From: an uncultured bacterium
GTDB lineage: Bacteria > Planctomycetota > UBA1135 > GCA-002686595
Length of the DNA stretch: 64,000 bases
Assembly (NCBI GenBank): GCA_943787795.1
Contig: CALSNU010000005.1
Coordinates: 96,001 to 160,000, forward strand
Reading direction: 5' to 3'
In this document: piece after piece, positions 18,445 to 28,853 of the stretch
How positions within the stretch are numbered: the stretch's first letter is position 1
Layout of the letters: the number at the start of each line of letters is the position of its first letter
Position numbers and translations under genes: made by a program
Notes under the pieces: model-generated
Told to the model about the DNA's origin: nothing
What the model saw: the letters and a program-made list of their open reading frames with translations, nothing else
Databases searched by the model: none

Positions 18445-18867
18445 GGTCGGAAGCGAGGTCCAGGCTTGGTTCTCGCGGCGCCGCTCGCTGAGGGGCTCGC
18501 CGTCCTCGATCGCGGCGGGGCGGTCCCGGAGAGGCTCGGCCCCTTGAGCGGCTCCACCGGCGCTCCCCAGGCTCCCGACGCCCCTCACGTCACCGACGCC
18601 ACCAGGGCCACCAACGGGCCCCAGCCCCAGGGCCCCCAACGCCCCCAACGCCCCCAACGCCCCCAAAGCCACAGGGGGGAGGGGCGCCCCCGGGAGTGGC
18701 CGTGCGCCGGCGCCGGGTGGAGCTTGAACCGCGGCCCCTGGATCCGTAGTTTGCTGTCGGAGAGCAGCTGTCCCCGCACAGGCAGCCGCGCTCATTCACC
18801 GCATAGGCCCCTCGCTGCCCCTCGATTGAGGGGGTCGAGCGACGGGTCGATTCCACCAGGGCACACC

Positions 18868-19863
18868 ATGACGCGCCGTAAGGTCACCATGCTCGAGGCG
18901 TTCCAGGACTCCGCAAGGACTTCCCAGGAGCGCCAAGACGCCGCGCTTTCCAGAACTCAGGCCGCCGCAGGGGATGGCGCTCTTGGCGTCGACAATCCTC
19001 TCGCCGGGGATCCTCTCGTCGGGGATCCTCTCGCGGGGGAGGGGCGCGCTGATCCGCGCCCCGCTCCGAGCGTGCACGATGGCCCGGCCATCGTCCCGGT
19101 GGGGGAGTCCTCCGTCGGCGGAAGCGCCTCCGGGGGCCACCCGGGCGTCGACTCCGAGGGCATTGACGCCGAGGGGCGCGCGGCGCGCACCGGCTTGACC
19201 CTGCCCTTCAGCGGGTACGGTTTCGCTGTCCTGCAGGTCCTGCTGCTCGTGGGCGCCTTCCTGCTCGGCCGCCAGTTCGAGGAGCATGGGTTCGGGCTGG
19301 GCGCGAGCCATTCGTCCGAGGCCTCCGGTCAGGCGCGTCTCGAGGCCGCGAGCTTCGGGATGCCGGGCCGGTCGCTGACGTCCCGCCAGCTCTCCGGAGC
19401 CGTCGATGCCGGCGCGCGAGCCATCCAACCGGAGCGCCAGACCGGGGCACCGGGGGAGGCGGGAACGCCGGGTGGCGGAGGTTCACCTGAGGGGACCCAG
19501 AGCGACGGCGTCGCGGCGGTTGACACCTCGAGTCCTTCGGCCCAGCCGGATCCAGACACGGCAGCGGACCAGGCCTTCTGGGACCCCGCCATGCGCTTCA
19601 CCGTGCTGGCCATCAGCTACACCCGGAGCCCCGCCAACGAGGCGCTGGCCTGGGAGACCTACGACCTGCTCGCCGAGCTGGGATTCCCGGTGGTGAAGCC
19701 CTCCAGCGGCGGCATCCGGATCTTCCTCCACGTCGGGGCGGCGGCTTCGATGGACGAACTCGCCGACCTGCGGAATGAGCTGCAGAACGTTCGTGTCGGG
19801 CCGCGTCGGACGCCGGACTTCCGAACGGCTTACGTCGTCAACATCAATCGAGAGATCGACTGA
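18868..19863 (+). CDS. Single-pass membrane protein with disordered linker and C-terminal SPOR-like domain
   Basis: ATG 18868; TM FAVLQVLLLVGAFLLG; Pro/Gly linker; C-terminal alternating beta/alpha pattern (FTVLAISY...IFLHVGAA...AYVVNI). Confidence 0.55.
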   Translation: MTRRKVTMLEAFQDSARTSQERQDAALSRTQAAAGDGALGVDNPLAGDPLVGDPLAGEGRADPRPAPSVHDGPAIVPVGESSVGGSASGGHPGVDSEGIDAEGRAARTGLTLPFSGYGFAVLQVLLLVGAFLLGRQFEEHGFGLGASHSSEASGQARLEAASFGMPGRSLTSRQLSGAVDAGARAIQPERQTGAPGEAGTPGGGGSPEGTQSDGVAAVDTSSPSAQPDPDTAADQAFWDPAMRFTVLAISYTRSPANEALAWETYDLLAELGFPVVKPSSGGIRIFLHVGAAASMDELADLRNELQNVRVGPRRTPDFRTAYVVNINREID

Positions 19864-19945
19864 GCGCGGCGCGGCGTGCGGGGCCCCGAGGCCCCGCCCT
19901 GCCGCGTTGGTCTCACTGCTGCCGAGATCTCACTGCCGCGCTGGC

Positions 19946-20001
19946 CTCAGCGTCACTTTGGTCTCAGCGTCACTTTGGTCTCAGCGTCACTTTGGTCTCA
20001 G
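19946..20001. repeat. Perfect 17-bp tandem repeat x3 (CTCAGCGTCACTTTGGT)
   Basis: Three identical copies plus a trailing CTCAG. Confidence 0.9.
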
Positions 20002-20394
20002 GGCCCCACCCCTCTCAGGCGCGCGGCTGCAGCTGGGCTCGGGCCCCGCGGTGGGCCGAGGTCCTGGTCGCCGGACCCCTGATGCGGCCCTCGGTCTCAT
20101 CTGCCCCGGCGGGCTGGCTCAGGTGGCCCACTCGGCGGGGGGTGAGGCGCCCCGTCTCGTTCGGCTGGCCTCGTTCGGCCGAGCTCGATCGGCTTGAAGT
20201 GGGCGCGGCGGCCGGTGCGCCGCAGCTCCTCTACGGTTGGGCCAGCGAGTGGTCCGCGGCCGGTGGGCGCCTGCTTGGGCCTCCGCGAGGCCTTCACTGG
20301 CCCCTCACCGCACATTTTGGTCTGGACGGGTGGTTGCTCCGTCCGTCCTTCGAGTACCCTCTCCGCCCCTCATTCGAACCTGAGGCCACCAATC

Positions 20395-20583
20395 ATGTCG
20401 ATCCACCCCAGCCTTCGCGGTGTCAACACCCTCATCGGTGAGCGCAGCGTCTTCACTCGCAAAGAGCGTCTGCTCAAACTGATGGAAGAGGGCCGTGTCG
20501 CTGACACGGACTCCGCTTACGGGCTCCCCAAGGTCCGCACCAAGTACAAGCTCAAGACGGCGAAGAAGAAGAAGGAGGAGTGA
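20395..20583 (+). CDS. PVC-superphylum signature small basic protein (TIGR04137-like)
   Basis: 62 aa MSIHPSLR...RSVFTRKER...YGLPKVR with Lys-rich tail; matches the family pattern as I recall it. Confidence 0.85.
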   Translation: MSIHPSLRGVNTLIGERSVFTRKERLLKLMEEGRVADTDSAYGLPKVRTKYKLKTAKKKKEE

Positions 20584-20740
20584 TCCTCCCGCCGGCGCGC
20601 CTGCCGGCCCTCTTCATCTCGTCTTGCCCCGGCGCGCGCCGCGGCCCGCCCGCGGTCACAGGGGGCACCATGAAGCCGATTCTCCCTGTGGGGGACTCGG
20701 CTTCCCGCGTTGCCCCCGCCGTCGCGAGCCTCTCCCAGCC

Positions 20741-21560
20741 ATGAGCCCCACGTCCGCCCCCGCCGCTGCCCCTGTCATGGAGGTCTTCGCCTCCTTCCAG
20801 GGCGAGGGACTGTACGTCGGGCAACCGCAGGTCTTCCTCCGGCTCGCCGGGTGTCCCCTGCGCTGCCGCTGGTGCGACACCCCGGGTTCCTGGGAGACCC
20901 GCATGGACGGGCAAGCGCGGATCGATGCACCGGAGGGCACGCTCCGCGAGGGGCGGGTCGCCTCGCCCTTCCAGGCGGCCTTGTGGGTCGCCGGCGTCGA
21001 GCCGGGCGAGCCGCGCACGGTCAGCGTCACCGGGGGAGAGCCGCTCATGTGGCCCGAGTTCATCCGCGGGCCTCCGGTCCATGATCGCGCCGCGCCGCAT
21101 TCACCTGGAGACCGCCGGGGCGCACCCCGAGGCGCTCGCGCGCGTCCTTGACCGGATTGACCACGTGAGCCTCGACCTCAAGCTGCCCGCGGACATGGGG
21201 GCCCCTGTCGAGCTGCAGTCCCGCGACGGAGAGCCGGAGTCCATCGATGAGCCCGCGCCGGTGACGCCCGAGGACTGGCGTATGGCCCGCCGCCGCTGCC
21301 TCGACCTCCTCCAGGATCGTGACGCCTGCGCCAAGGTCGTGGTCACCGCAGATCGCGAGCCCCGCGACTACGATGAGCTCTTCGAGGACGTCGCTCGCAG
21401 GGCCGCGTCGCTCCCCGTCTTCATCGCTCCGGTGACCCCGATGGGCGGATGCGAGGCGCCCACCCTCGACCACCTTGTCGAGGTCGTCGAGCACGCCCGC
21501 GAGCTGGAGCTCGACATCCGCGTTCTTCCCCAGGTTCATCGAGCCATGGGGATCGCCTGA
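20741..21560 (+). pseudogene. queE: 7-carboxy-7-deazaguanine synthase QueE, split by one extra base near 21068-21071
   Basis: EVFASFQGEG, CPLRCRWCDT and TGGEP in one frame; HLETAG, SLDLKLP and LPQVH in the next frame. Removing one G from CGCGGGCCTC joins them. Confidence 0.8.
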
Positions 21561-21579
21561 GTCCACGCCTGATCGATCC

Positions 21580-23019
21580 ATGAATGAACCCACCGAAGTC
21601 GATCCCCCTGCGGACGCCGAGCAAGAGCAGCGGGTGGCGCAGTCCGCGGCCGGCGCTGCGCGTTCCTCCGTGCCGATGCCGCGCGTGGCCCTCGTGGGGC
21701 GCCCCAATGTCGGCAAGTCCACGCTCCTGAACCGGCTCTGCGGGAGCCGCGTTGCGATCGTCGAGCCCACGGCCGGGGTCACTCGGGATCGGATCGCGGT
21801 CCCCGCTCGCCTGACCACCAGGGACGGCGAGCGCTGGGTCGAGGTCATCGACACCGGCGGTCTCGGTATCGTGGACCGCGACGACCTTGGGCCCCACGTG
21901 GAGGCCCAGGTGGACACCGCGCTCAAAGGCGCGGACCTGGTGCTGTTCATGGTCGACGTACGCGACGGGCTGACGCCGCCGGATCAGCAGGTGGCGAAGC
22001 TCCTGCGCGGCGCGGGCGTGCCGGTGCAGCTTGTGGTCAACAAGGCCGAGGGCGGCGGGTTCGAGTGGGAGGCCGAGTCCTTCCACGCGCTGGGTGTGGG
22101 GGGAGACCCCATCGTCATCAGCGCCCAGAACGGAGAGGGGATCACGGACCTGCGCCAGTGCATGGCGGACCACCTGCCGGGGGCGCCCGAGGAGAAGCCC
22201 ACGGAGACTCCGCTCATGAAGATCGCGGTGGTGGGGCGCCGGAACGCGGGCAAGTCGACGCTCGTCAACCACCTCGCGGGGGAGGAGCGCATGATCGTCT
22301 CCGAGATCGAGGGCACGACCCGCGACGCGGTGGACGTGGTCTTCGAGCGGGACGGAGAGACCTTCACCGTGATCGACACGGCGGGCATCCGAAAGCGCTC
22401 CAAGCTCGAGGACGCCATCGAGTTCTACTCGGACGCGCGGAGCCTCAAGACCATCCGCAGGGCGGACGTCGTCATCCTCCTGTTCGACGTGACGCGCAAG
22501 CTCTCGTCGATCGAGAAGAACCTCGCGCGCTACGCCATCGACCGCTACAAGCCCACCATCCTGGCCGCCAACAAGTGGGACCTCGTGGAGGGGCAGACCC
22601 CCGAGTCGTTCCGCGAGTACTTGGATGCGCAGGTACCTGGCCTCGGCTTCGCGCCCATCGTATTCCTCTCGGCCAAGGAGGGCCTGCGGGCGGACGACCT
22701 CATCGGCGTCGCAAAGGACCTCTTTGAACAGGGCCAGCAGCGCGTCAGCACCGGAGACCTCAACCAGGTCTTGGAGCGCGCCCTGGAGGCTCGGCAGCCC
22801 AGCTCGAAGGGCTATCGAGCGCGGGTCAAGTACGCCACCCAGGCGGAGGTGTCGCCGCCCACGTTCGTGCTATTCGTCAACGACAAGCGGCACATCGGCA
22901 AGGACTGGCTACGCTACCTCACGAACCGGCTCCGGGAGGAGCTCCCGTTCCACGAGGTGCCCCTGCGCATCGTGCTCAAGGACCCCAAGACGCTCTCGGA
23001 AGAGGCTGCGCAAGAATGA
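21580..23019 (+). CDS. der: Ribosome biogenesis GTPase Der (EngA)
   Basis: Two G domains (GRPNVGKS/DTGG/NKAE and GRRNAGKS/DTAG/NKWD); C-terminal PPTFVLFVN. Confidence 0.95.
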   Translation: MNEPTEVDPPADAEQEQRVAQSAAGAARSSVPMPRVALVGRPNVGKSTLLNRLCGSRVAIVEPTAGVTRDRIAVPARLTTRDGERWVEVIDTGGLGIVDRDDLGPHVEAQVDTALKGADLVLFMVDVRDGLTPPDQQVAKLLRGAGVPVQLVVNKAEGGGFEWEAESFHALGVGGDPIVISAQNGEGITDLRQCMADHLPGAPEEKPTETPLMKIAVVGRRNAGKSTLVNHLAGEERMIVSEIEGTTRDAVDVVFERDGETFTVIDTAGIRKRSKLEDAIEFYSDARSLKTIRRADVVILLFDVTRKLSSIEKNLARYAIDRYKPTILAANKWDLVEGQTPESFREYLDAQVPGLGFAPIVFLSAKEGLRADDLIGVAKDLFEQGQQRVSTGDLNQVLERALEARQPSSKGYRARVKYATQAEVSPPTFVLFVNDKRHIGKDWLRYLTNRLREELPFHEVPLRIVLKDPKTLSEEAAQE

Positions 23020-23489
23020 AGATCAAGTCGCTCGCCCCGGCCCTCCTCCTCCTTCTCGTGCCTGCGATCAGCGCGTGCGTGTCCGTGAACACGGCGATCC
23101 CCGTCGAGCGGACCGTCTCGGCGAAGACCGAGTTCGAGCTCTGGCAGGCGCTGCGTATCGCGGTGGACCTGAGCGATTATCCGGTGGGCACGGGCGCCGA
23201 TTCGGGGAAGCGCGAGATCCTCAGCGGGTGGAAGCTCGACCTCGCCCCCTACAAGGGGAAGGGGTTCAGGACGCGAGTCATTGCGCGGTACGAGCGCTCC
23301 GATGCGCCGGCCTCATCGGATCCCCTGGTGGCCTTCGATGTGACCATCCGCGTGGAGAAGGACACCAACGAGTCGTACCGCTCATTGGATCCCGCCTACG
23401 CCGACTGGAAGGGCGCGCCGGATGACGTGGTCGCGGCGAAGACGATCATGCAGCGGCTCGAGTCCCTTCTCGGATCGGGCGAGAGCTAG
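23016..23489 (+). CDS. Hypothetical lipoprotein
   Basis: Signal peptide with ISAC lipobox; ATGA overlap with der. Confidence 0.7.
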   Translation: MKIKSLAPALLLLLVPAISACVSVNTAIPVERTVSAKTEFELWQALRIAVDLSDYPVGTGADSGKREILSGWKLDLAPYKGKGFRTRVIARYERSDAPASSDPLVAFDVTIRVEKDTNESYRSLDPAYADWKGAPDDVVAAKTIMQRLESLLGSGES

Positions 23490-23664
23490 CTCGGCGAGCG
23501 GTGGCCGTCGAGCCCGGCGGCCCACAGAGTTTCCCCAGGAGTCTCCCGCGGGGGGGGGCGCGGGCGAACTCCTGACCCGTCCCGAGACGAGAGCGTTCCA
23601 GGAACTCGTGGCGGGGTGGCGATTGGGCTGAACACAGCGGACCCCAGGTGTCGATCCGCTCCAT

Positions 23665-24546
23665 GTGAAGCTCTCATCCGTGGACCTGACCCGCGCCGGC
23701 GCATCGACCGGCGGACGCCCCTCCTCCATCTCATTGATCCGAGAGGCGACCCAGGTCGGCCTCGAGGCGAGGGGCTTCGAGCCCTCCTTCGGGCCTGGGG
23801 CGGACCTGACTCTGGTGGATGTCCTCGACGATGGGCTCAGCCCCTGGGTGGAAGGGGCCGGGATAGAGAGCCTCTACGATCGGCTGGGGCCGCTCCTCGT
23901 GAGGGTCCACGCGGTGCCGGGCGATCACGCCCCCGCGACGGGGCTGCGGGAGCTCCTCTCCCACGCGGACGGAGTCATCGTGTCGACCCGCTCTCACCTC
24001 GTTCGCCTCGGCAGCGCCGGGCTCCTGCAAGCGGATCGCACCGATCTCATCGCCCCTGCGGCCCCCGAGATGTTCGCTGGCACCAACGGTGCGGTGGGCG
24101 AGGGGATCCTCGTCCTCGGAGAGGACCTCCCCGAGGAGCTCGAGCAGGCGCTCTATGGACTGTCGCTCGGCTGCTCAGTCCTCGGGCCAGACGCCCATGA
24201 CTCGGGCGCCGCGCGGCGCTTCAGGTCTCTCCTGGCGCGGCACGAGGTGGCGGTGTTGACCGAACCCGAGCACGGTGAGGACGGGGTCATCGCCGCGGTC
24301 TGTGCTCAGCTCGGCCGAGCCCTCGTCGCACCGGGGGGGGTGGACCTCGCGGCTCAGCCCCACTGCTTCCCGGTCTCCTCGCGGCCGACGGCGCTGGACT
24401 GGACCGCGGCCCTGCGCGGCGCCCTCGACCACGCGCAGCTCCCTGAGCTCAGGGAGGAGGAGACGGGAGAACAGCTCGACCGTCTCGCGCGGGTCCTCAC
24501 CCGGGCGAGGCGCCGAAAGGAATGCTCTCGCCCTACTGCTGCCTGA
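23665..24546 (+). CDS. Hypothetical protein (possibly degenerate GT-B-like fold)
   Basis: 293-aa ORF with coding-like codon usage upstream of the glycosyltransferases; no clear motif. Confidence 0.5.
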   Translation: MKLSSVDLTRAGASTGGRPSSISLIREATQVGLEARGFEPSFGPGADLTLVDVLDDGLSPWVEGAGIESLYDRLGPLLVRVHAVPGDHAPATGLRELLSHADGVIVSTRSHLVRLGSAGLLQADRTDLIAPAAPEMFAGTNGAVGEGILVLGEDLPEELEQALYGLSLGCSVLGPDAHDSGAARRFRSLLARHEVAVLTEPEHGEDGVIAAVCAQLGRALVAPGGVDLAAQPHCFPVSSRPTALDWTAALRGALDHAQLPELREEETGEQLDRLARVLTRARRRKECSRPTAA

Positions 24547-24665
24547 AGTACCTGCTGCCTGAAGTACACGCCGGTTGCCGCCTGAAGGACACGCCGGGGT
24601 TACGCTGGCCCCCCCCATCCCCCTTGGACGATCCCCTCAACAACGCGTTCGAATCCCTGCGCACC

Positions 24666-25946
24666 ATGGTCGTGAGGATGAGCTCCAGCGAAGGCCCTCC
24701 TGCCGAGCTGGGGGGCGAAGTCGTCCACCAAGCCACGCTGGTGGGGGACGCTGAGGGAGCGCTCGGTCTTCAGCCTGGCGCGGTCGGCCGGTCGCACGGT
24801 CTGATCGAGGCGCTCGGAGAGTTGCTCGAGAGCCACCGCGTCGAGGCGGTCTCGCTCCCGGTCGAGGCCGACGATGACGACGACCACCGCGCGCTCGTCG
24901 CCGCAGCGGCGGCGGCCTGCAGTCTGCGCGGTGTGCTGGTCAGCTGCGGCGGCGAAGTCCCTCTGTCGGCCTCGGGGTTCGATCGGGCCCGGCGCGCCGA
25001 GGCTCGCGAGCGGACCAGCGATGACTCTCGCACCGTCACCGCCGTGATCTCCGCCTGGAACAAGCGCGACGACGTGCGGGCCAACCTGCTCGGCATCCGC
25101 GCGCAAACGCGCCCCTTCGACGATGTCGTGGTGGTGGATAATCACTCCAGCGATGGCACGGCGCAGATGATCCGGGACGAGTTTCCCGAGGTGCGCCTCG
25201 TCGTGATGCCCAACAGCGCCTACGGCGCATGTGAGACGTTCAACGTGGGCTTCTCCACCGCGCTGACCGGGTACATCGCCATCCTCGACGACGACGTGGT
25301 GCTCACGCCCTGGTGGCTCGAGCGCTCCCTCTCGCGGATGGCCGAGGAGCCCGAGACCACGGCGGTCGTCTCCACGAAGGTCGTGGAGCCGGGGATGCCG
25401 GATAGCTTCCGAGACGCCGAAGCGCTGAACCGCGAGCGGTACATGAGCACGTTTCGGGGGTGCGCGAGCCTGGCTCGCAAGGAGGCCATCGACAAGGCTG
25501 GGGGGTACGACGAGCGCCTGTTCATCTACGGCAACGAGCGGGACCTGACCTGCCGATTGCTCAACCTCGGCTATCGCGTGCTGCAGTTTCCTGGCGCGGA
25601 GACCTTCCATCGGACGCCCTTCGGGCTGCAGATGGGCAAGCGCAGCCTCTTCTACCACGCCCGCAACGCCTGGCTCGGGATGCTCAAGTACGCCCCGGCC
25701 AAGGACCTCGCGCGGATGCCCTTCCTCGTGCTGACCAAGGTGTTGCTGCGCGGCCGAAAGGCCGAGGAGGCCGGAGAGGTCACCGACGCTGTCGGCACCA
25801 TCGGAGTGGGGAAGTCCCTCCGGGAAACCGAGGGCGCGTGGTGGATCGTGACGCGCGCGCTGTTCAGCGTGCTGTACAACGTGCCGTACTGCCTCAAGCA
25901 CCGCGAGCCCGTCCAGGCGCCGGACTTCGAGCTGCCGTTGCAGTAG
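24666..25946 (+). CDS. Glycosyltransferase family 2 with N-terminal extension
   Basis: VVVDNHSSDGT, ILDDD, GGYDERLFIYGNERD; start uncertain. Confidence 0.85.
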   Translation: MVVRMSSSEGPPAELGGEVVHQATLVGDAEGALGLQPGAVGRSHGLIEALGELLESHRVEAVSLPVEADDDDDHRALVAAAAAACSLRGVLVSCGGEVPLSASGFDRARRAEARERTSDDSRTVTAVISAWNKRDDVRANLLGIRAQTRPFDDVVVVDNHSSDGTAQMIRDEFPEVRLVVMPNSAYGACETFNVGFSTALTGYIAILDDDVVLTPWWLERSLSRMAEEPETTAVVSTKVVEPGMPDSFRDAEALNRERYMSTFRGCASLARKEAIDKAGGYDERLFIYGNERDLTCRLLNLGYRVLQFPGAETFHRTPFGLQMGKRSLFYHARNAWLGMLKYAPAKDLARMPFLVLTKVLLRGRKAEEAGEVTDAVGTIGVGKSLRETEGAWWIVTRALFSVLYNVPYCLKHREPVQAPDFELPLQ

Positions 25947-25978
25947 CCCCCCCCAGGATCCCCCTTCCCGTCCGCACG

Positions 25979-27079
25979 ATGGCCGAGCCCAACCAACGCT
26001 CCGACGGAGCCGCCTCGCCCCTGGGGCCGATCTCTGCGGTGGTCGTGAACTACCAGGGAGAGGCGTACCTGGAGGCGTGCATCCGCTCGATCCAGGCGCA
26101 GTCGCTGCCAGTGGCGGAGCTCATCGTCGTGGAGAACGCGAGCACCGACGGCAGCCTCAACCTGCTCAACACACAGTTCCGGGGCATCGAGACCCTCCGG
26201 ATGGTGGAGAACGTCGGCGCGTGCACCGCGAGGAACGTCGGCATGCGAGCCGCGAAGTACCGCTGGGTACTCCTCGTGGACAACGATGTCGTGCTCGCGG
26301 ACGACACCCTCGAGCACCTCGCGGCGGCGGTCTCGGTCGAGGAAGGCGCGGTGATGGCGCAGCCGCGGAGCCTCTTCAAGGCGGACCCCACCCGGGTCCA
26401 CTACGACGGAGGTGACTTCCACTTTGCCGGGCTCATCAGTCTCCACAACTTCGGTGCAGAGGTCGGGGCCCTCGAGTCGCCGCCGGTGGAAGACATCAAC
26501 GTGGCGATCTCCCTCTGCCTGCTCGTGGACAAGAAGGCCGCCATCGAGGTCGGCGGCTTCGACGAGTCGTTCTTCATCCTCTTCGAGGACCTCGATCTCT
26601 CGCATCGACTGAGGCTGGCGGGTCACCGGATCCTGAAGGTCAACTCCGCGGCGGTCCTGCATGACGCGGGGACCGCGGGGATCAGCTTCCGTGAGGGCAC
26701 GGACTATCCCGGCCGGCGGGTCTTCTTTCACTCGCGCAACCGCTGGCTGTACATGGCCAAGTGCCACCGCCTCTGGACGCTCCTCCTGAGCGCACCGGGC
26801 CTGCTCATCTACGAGGCCGCGTGGGTCCTCTTCTCCGCGAAGCAGGGTCACCTGGGTTCATGGTGGCGCGGGAAGGTGGCCTTCTTCGGGCGCCTGCCGG
26901 AGGTGCTCAGGCGCCGGCGGCAAGTCCAGCGCGGCCGCAAGATCGGCGACCGCGGGCTGCTGGTCGGGGGGCCGCTGACGCTCAGCCCCAACCTCTCCTC
27001 CTCGGGCGGCCTCGGGCTTCGACTGTTGGACGGCGCGCTCCGTGGATGGTGGGGGCTGTGCCGCTGGTTCGTGGTGTGA
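25979..27079 (+). CDS. Glycosyltransferase family 2
   Basis: VVVNYQG, VENASTDGS, VDND, GGFDESFFILFEDLDL. Confidence 0.9.
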   Translation: MAEPNQRSDGAASPLGPISAVVVNYQGEAYLEACIRSIQAQSLPVAELIVVENASTDGSLNLLNTQFRGIETLRMVENVGACTARNVGMRAAKYRWVLLVDNDVVLADDTLEHLAAAVSVEEGAVMAQPRSLFKADPTRVHYDGGDFHFAGLISLHNFGAEVGALESPPVEDINVAISLCLLVDKKAAIEVGGFDESFFILFEDLDLSHRLRLAGHRILKVNSAAVLHDAGTAGISFREGTDYPGRRVFFHSRNRWLYMAKCHRLWTLLLSAPGLLIYEAAWVLFSAKQGHLGSWWRGKVAFFGRLPEVLRRRRQVQRGRKIGDRGLLVGGPLTLSPNLSSSGGLGLRLLDGALRGWWGLCRWFVV

Positions 27080-27156
27080 GCGAGGTCTGGCGCACCGGAC
27101 TGTCTGCCCAGGCCCAGCGACAGCCACTTTCTGGCCAGCCACTGCCCCCCCCGCGA

Positions 27157-27231
27157 TGTCCACACGGCCCCTGTACATACGGCCGCTGTACACACGGCCG
27201 CTGTCCACACGGCCGCTGTACACACGGCCGC
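27157..27231. repeat. 15-bp tandem repeat x5 (TGTMCACACGGCCGC)
   Basis: Read directly; intergenic. Confidence 0.85.
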
Positions 27232-27380
27232 CGGCCGCCCTGTCAAGGCCGCGCCACCCGCAGGCCGGCCGCAAGCGAGCCACTCGCCCCCAGGCCCTCT
27301 CGCTGCCGCGCCACGACGGGTGGCTGCTCCGGGCATTCTGCGGCGCGCGGGACTAGGGTGGAGTAGGCCCCTTCTGAACC

Positions 27381-28844
27381 ATGCGCGTCCTCCTCGCCAC
27401 TCACCTCTACCCGCCGCACCACACCGCCGGCGTGGAGGTGTTCGCCTCCGTCACGGGTGCGCACATTGCGGCGGCGGGGCACGAGGTGGTCGTGGTCACC
27501 ACGGAGAAGGACATCGCCCAGCCGGACCTCTCCACCCGGGAGCGAGAGCACGCCGGGCTGCGGGTGATCGAGGTGATCAACAACCTCTTCGCGCGGACCT
27601 TCGAGGAGACCTGGCGTCGACCGGCGATGGATCGAGTCCTCGCTCGCGTGCTGGATGAGGTGCGCCCGGAGGTCGTCCATGTTCACCACCTGCTCTACCT
27701 GTCCGCTGGCCTGCTCGACCTCTGCGAGGAGCGAGGGATTCCGGTGGTCATGACCATCCACGACTTCTGGCTGGGGTGCGCGCGGTTCGGCCAGCTGCTC
27801 CATCCCGATGGGTCGCGCTGCGCGCACGTGGATGTGAAGCGCTGCGGGACGTGCCTGCCGAGCTTCAAGTGGCGTCAGTCCGACCTCGAGCGGCGGGTGG
27901 CCCGCGGAGTCTCCGCCGTGAAGGGCGTGACCGGGCTCGACGTGTCGGGTCCGGTGCGGCGGCTGGCCGCTGCTGCCCGAAGCGAGCCTGGTCCGAGCTG
28001 GGCGCCGCCCTCGGGCGGGGAGGCCGCGCGCTTCGAGGGAGCCGCGTCGAGCCGCCTGGAGGACCTCGTCTCCACCCTCCGGCGCTGCGTGGACCGGGTG
28101 CTGCTGCCTGCGCGCTTCATGGTCCCCTGGTTCGAGGAGCTGGGGCTCGACCCCGCGCGGCTCCACGTGGAGACCACCGGCGTGGACTGGGAGGGCGCAA
28201 GGCACCACCCGCGGGTCGAGCGTGGCCAGGGGGAGCCGGTGCGAGTCCTCTTCCTGGGGTCTCTGGTGCCCCACAAGGCGCCTCACCTCCTCCTCGAGGC
28301 GTGGGGCCAGCTCCCCGGGGTGACGCGTGAGGCCGCGACCCTGCGGGTCCTCGGTCCAGATCAACACGAGGCCGGCTACGTGGAGGGCCTGCGGCGAGCA
28401 GCTGAGCCCCTCAACGTCACGGTGGGGGGCGCCCTCGGGCGCGAGGAAGTGCGCGCGGAGATGGCCCGAACCGACGTGCTCGTGACGCCCAGCCAGTGGA
28501 CCGAGATCCGCCCGCTCGTGATGCTCGAGGCCTTCGCCGCGGGGGCCCGGGTGATCGCCACCGACCTCGGTGGCATGGCAGAGCTGGTGGCGGACGGTCT
28601 GCCGGGCACGCTCTTCCGCGAGGGAGACGTGAAGGGGCTGCGAGCCGCGCTGGCCTCCGAGTTGGAGATCGCCCGGGGCGTGGGCGGGGGCGTCACGAGC
28701 GCCGCTCCCGTCCCTGCTGCGGGTCCCACGAGCGGACTCACGAGGGGCCCCAGCCCTCGCTTCAGGGCGTGGTCCGAGGTGGGCGACGCGCTGATCGAAC
28801 ACTACGAGCGGGCGGTCCGAGGAGATCGGGCCCCGATCGGATAG
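27381..28844 (+). CDS. Glycosyltransferase family 4 (GT-B)
   Basis: MRVLL, HVHHL, TIHDFW, FLGSLVPHKA, PSQWTE...LEA...GGMAELV. Confidence 0.9.
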   Translation: MRVLLATHLYPPHHTAGVEVFASVTGAHIAAAGHEVVVVTTEKDIAQPDLSTREREHAGLRVIEVINNLFARTFEETWRRPAMDRVLARVLDEVRPEVVHVHHLLYLSAGLLDLCEERGIPVVMTIHDFWLGCARFGQLLHPDGSRCAHVDVKRCGTCLPSFKWRQSDLERRVARGVSAVKGVTGLDVSGPVRRLAAAARSEPGPSWAPPSGGEAARFEGAASSRLEDLVSTLRRCVDRVLLPARFMVPWFEELGLDPARLHVETTGVDWEGARHHPRVERGQGEPVRVLFLGSLVPHKAPHLLLEAWGQLPGVTREAATLRVLGPDQHEAGYVEGLRRAAEPLNVTVGGALGREEVRAEMARTDVLVTPSQWTEIRPLVMLEAFAAGARVIATDLGGMAELVADGLPGTLFREGDVKGLRAALASELEIARGVGGGVTSAAPVPAAGPTSGLTRGPSPRFRAWSEVGDALIEHYERAVRGDRAPIG

Positions 28845-28853
28845 GCTCGGCCC

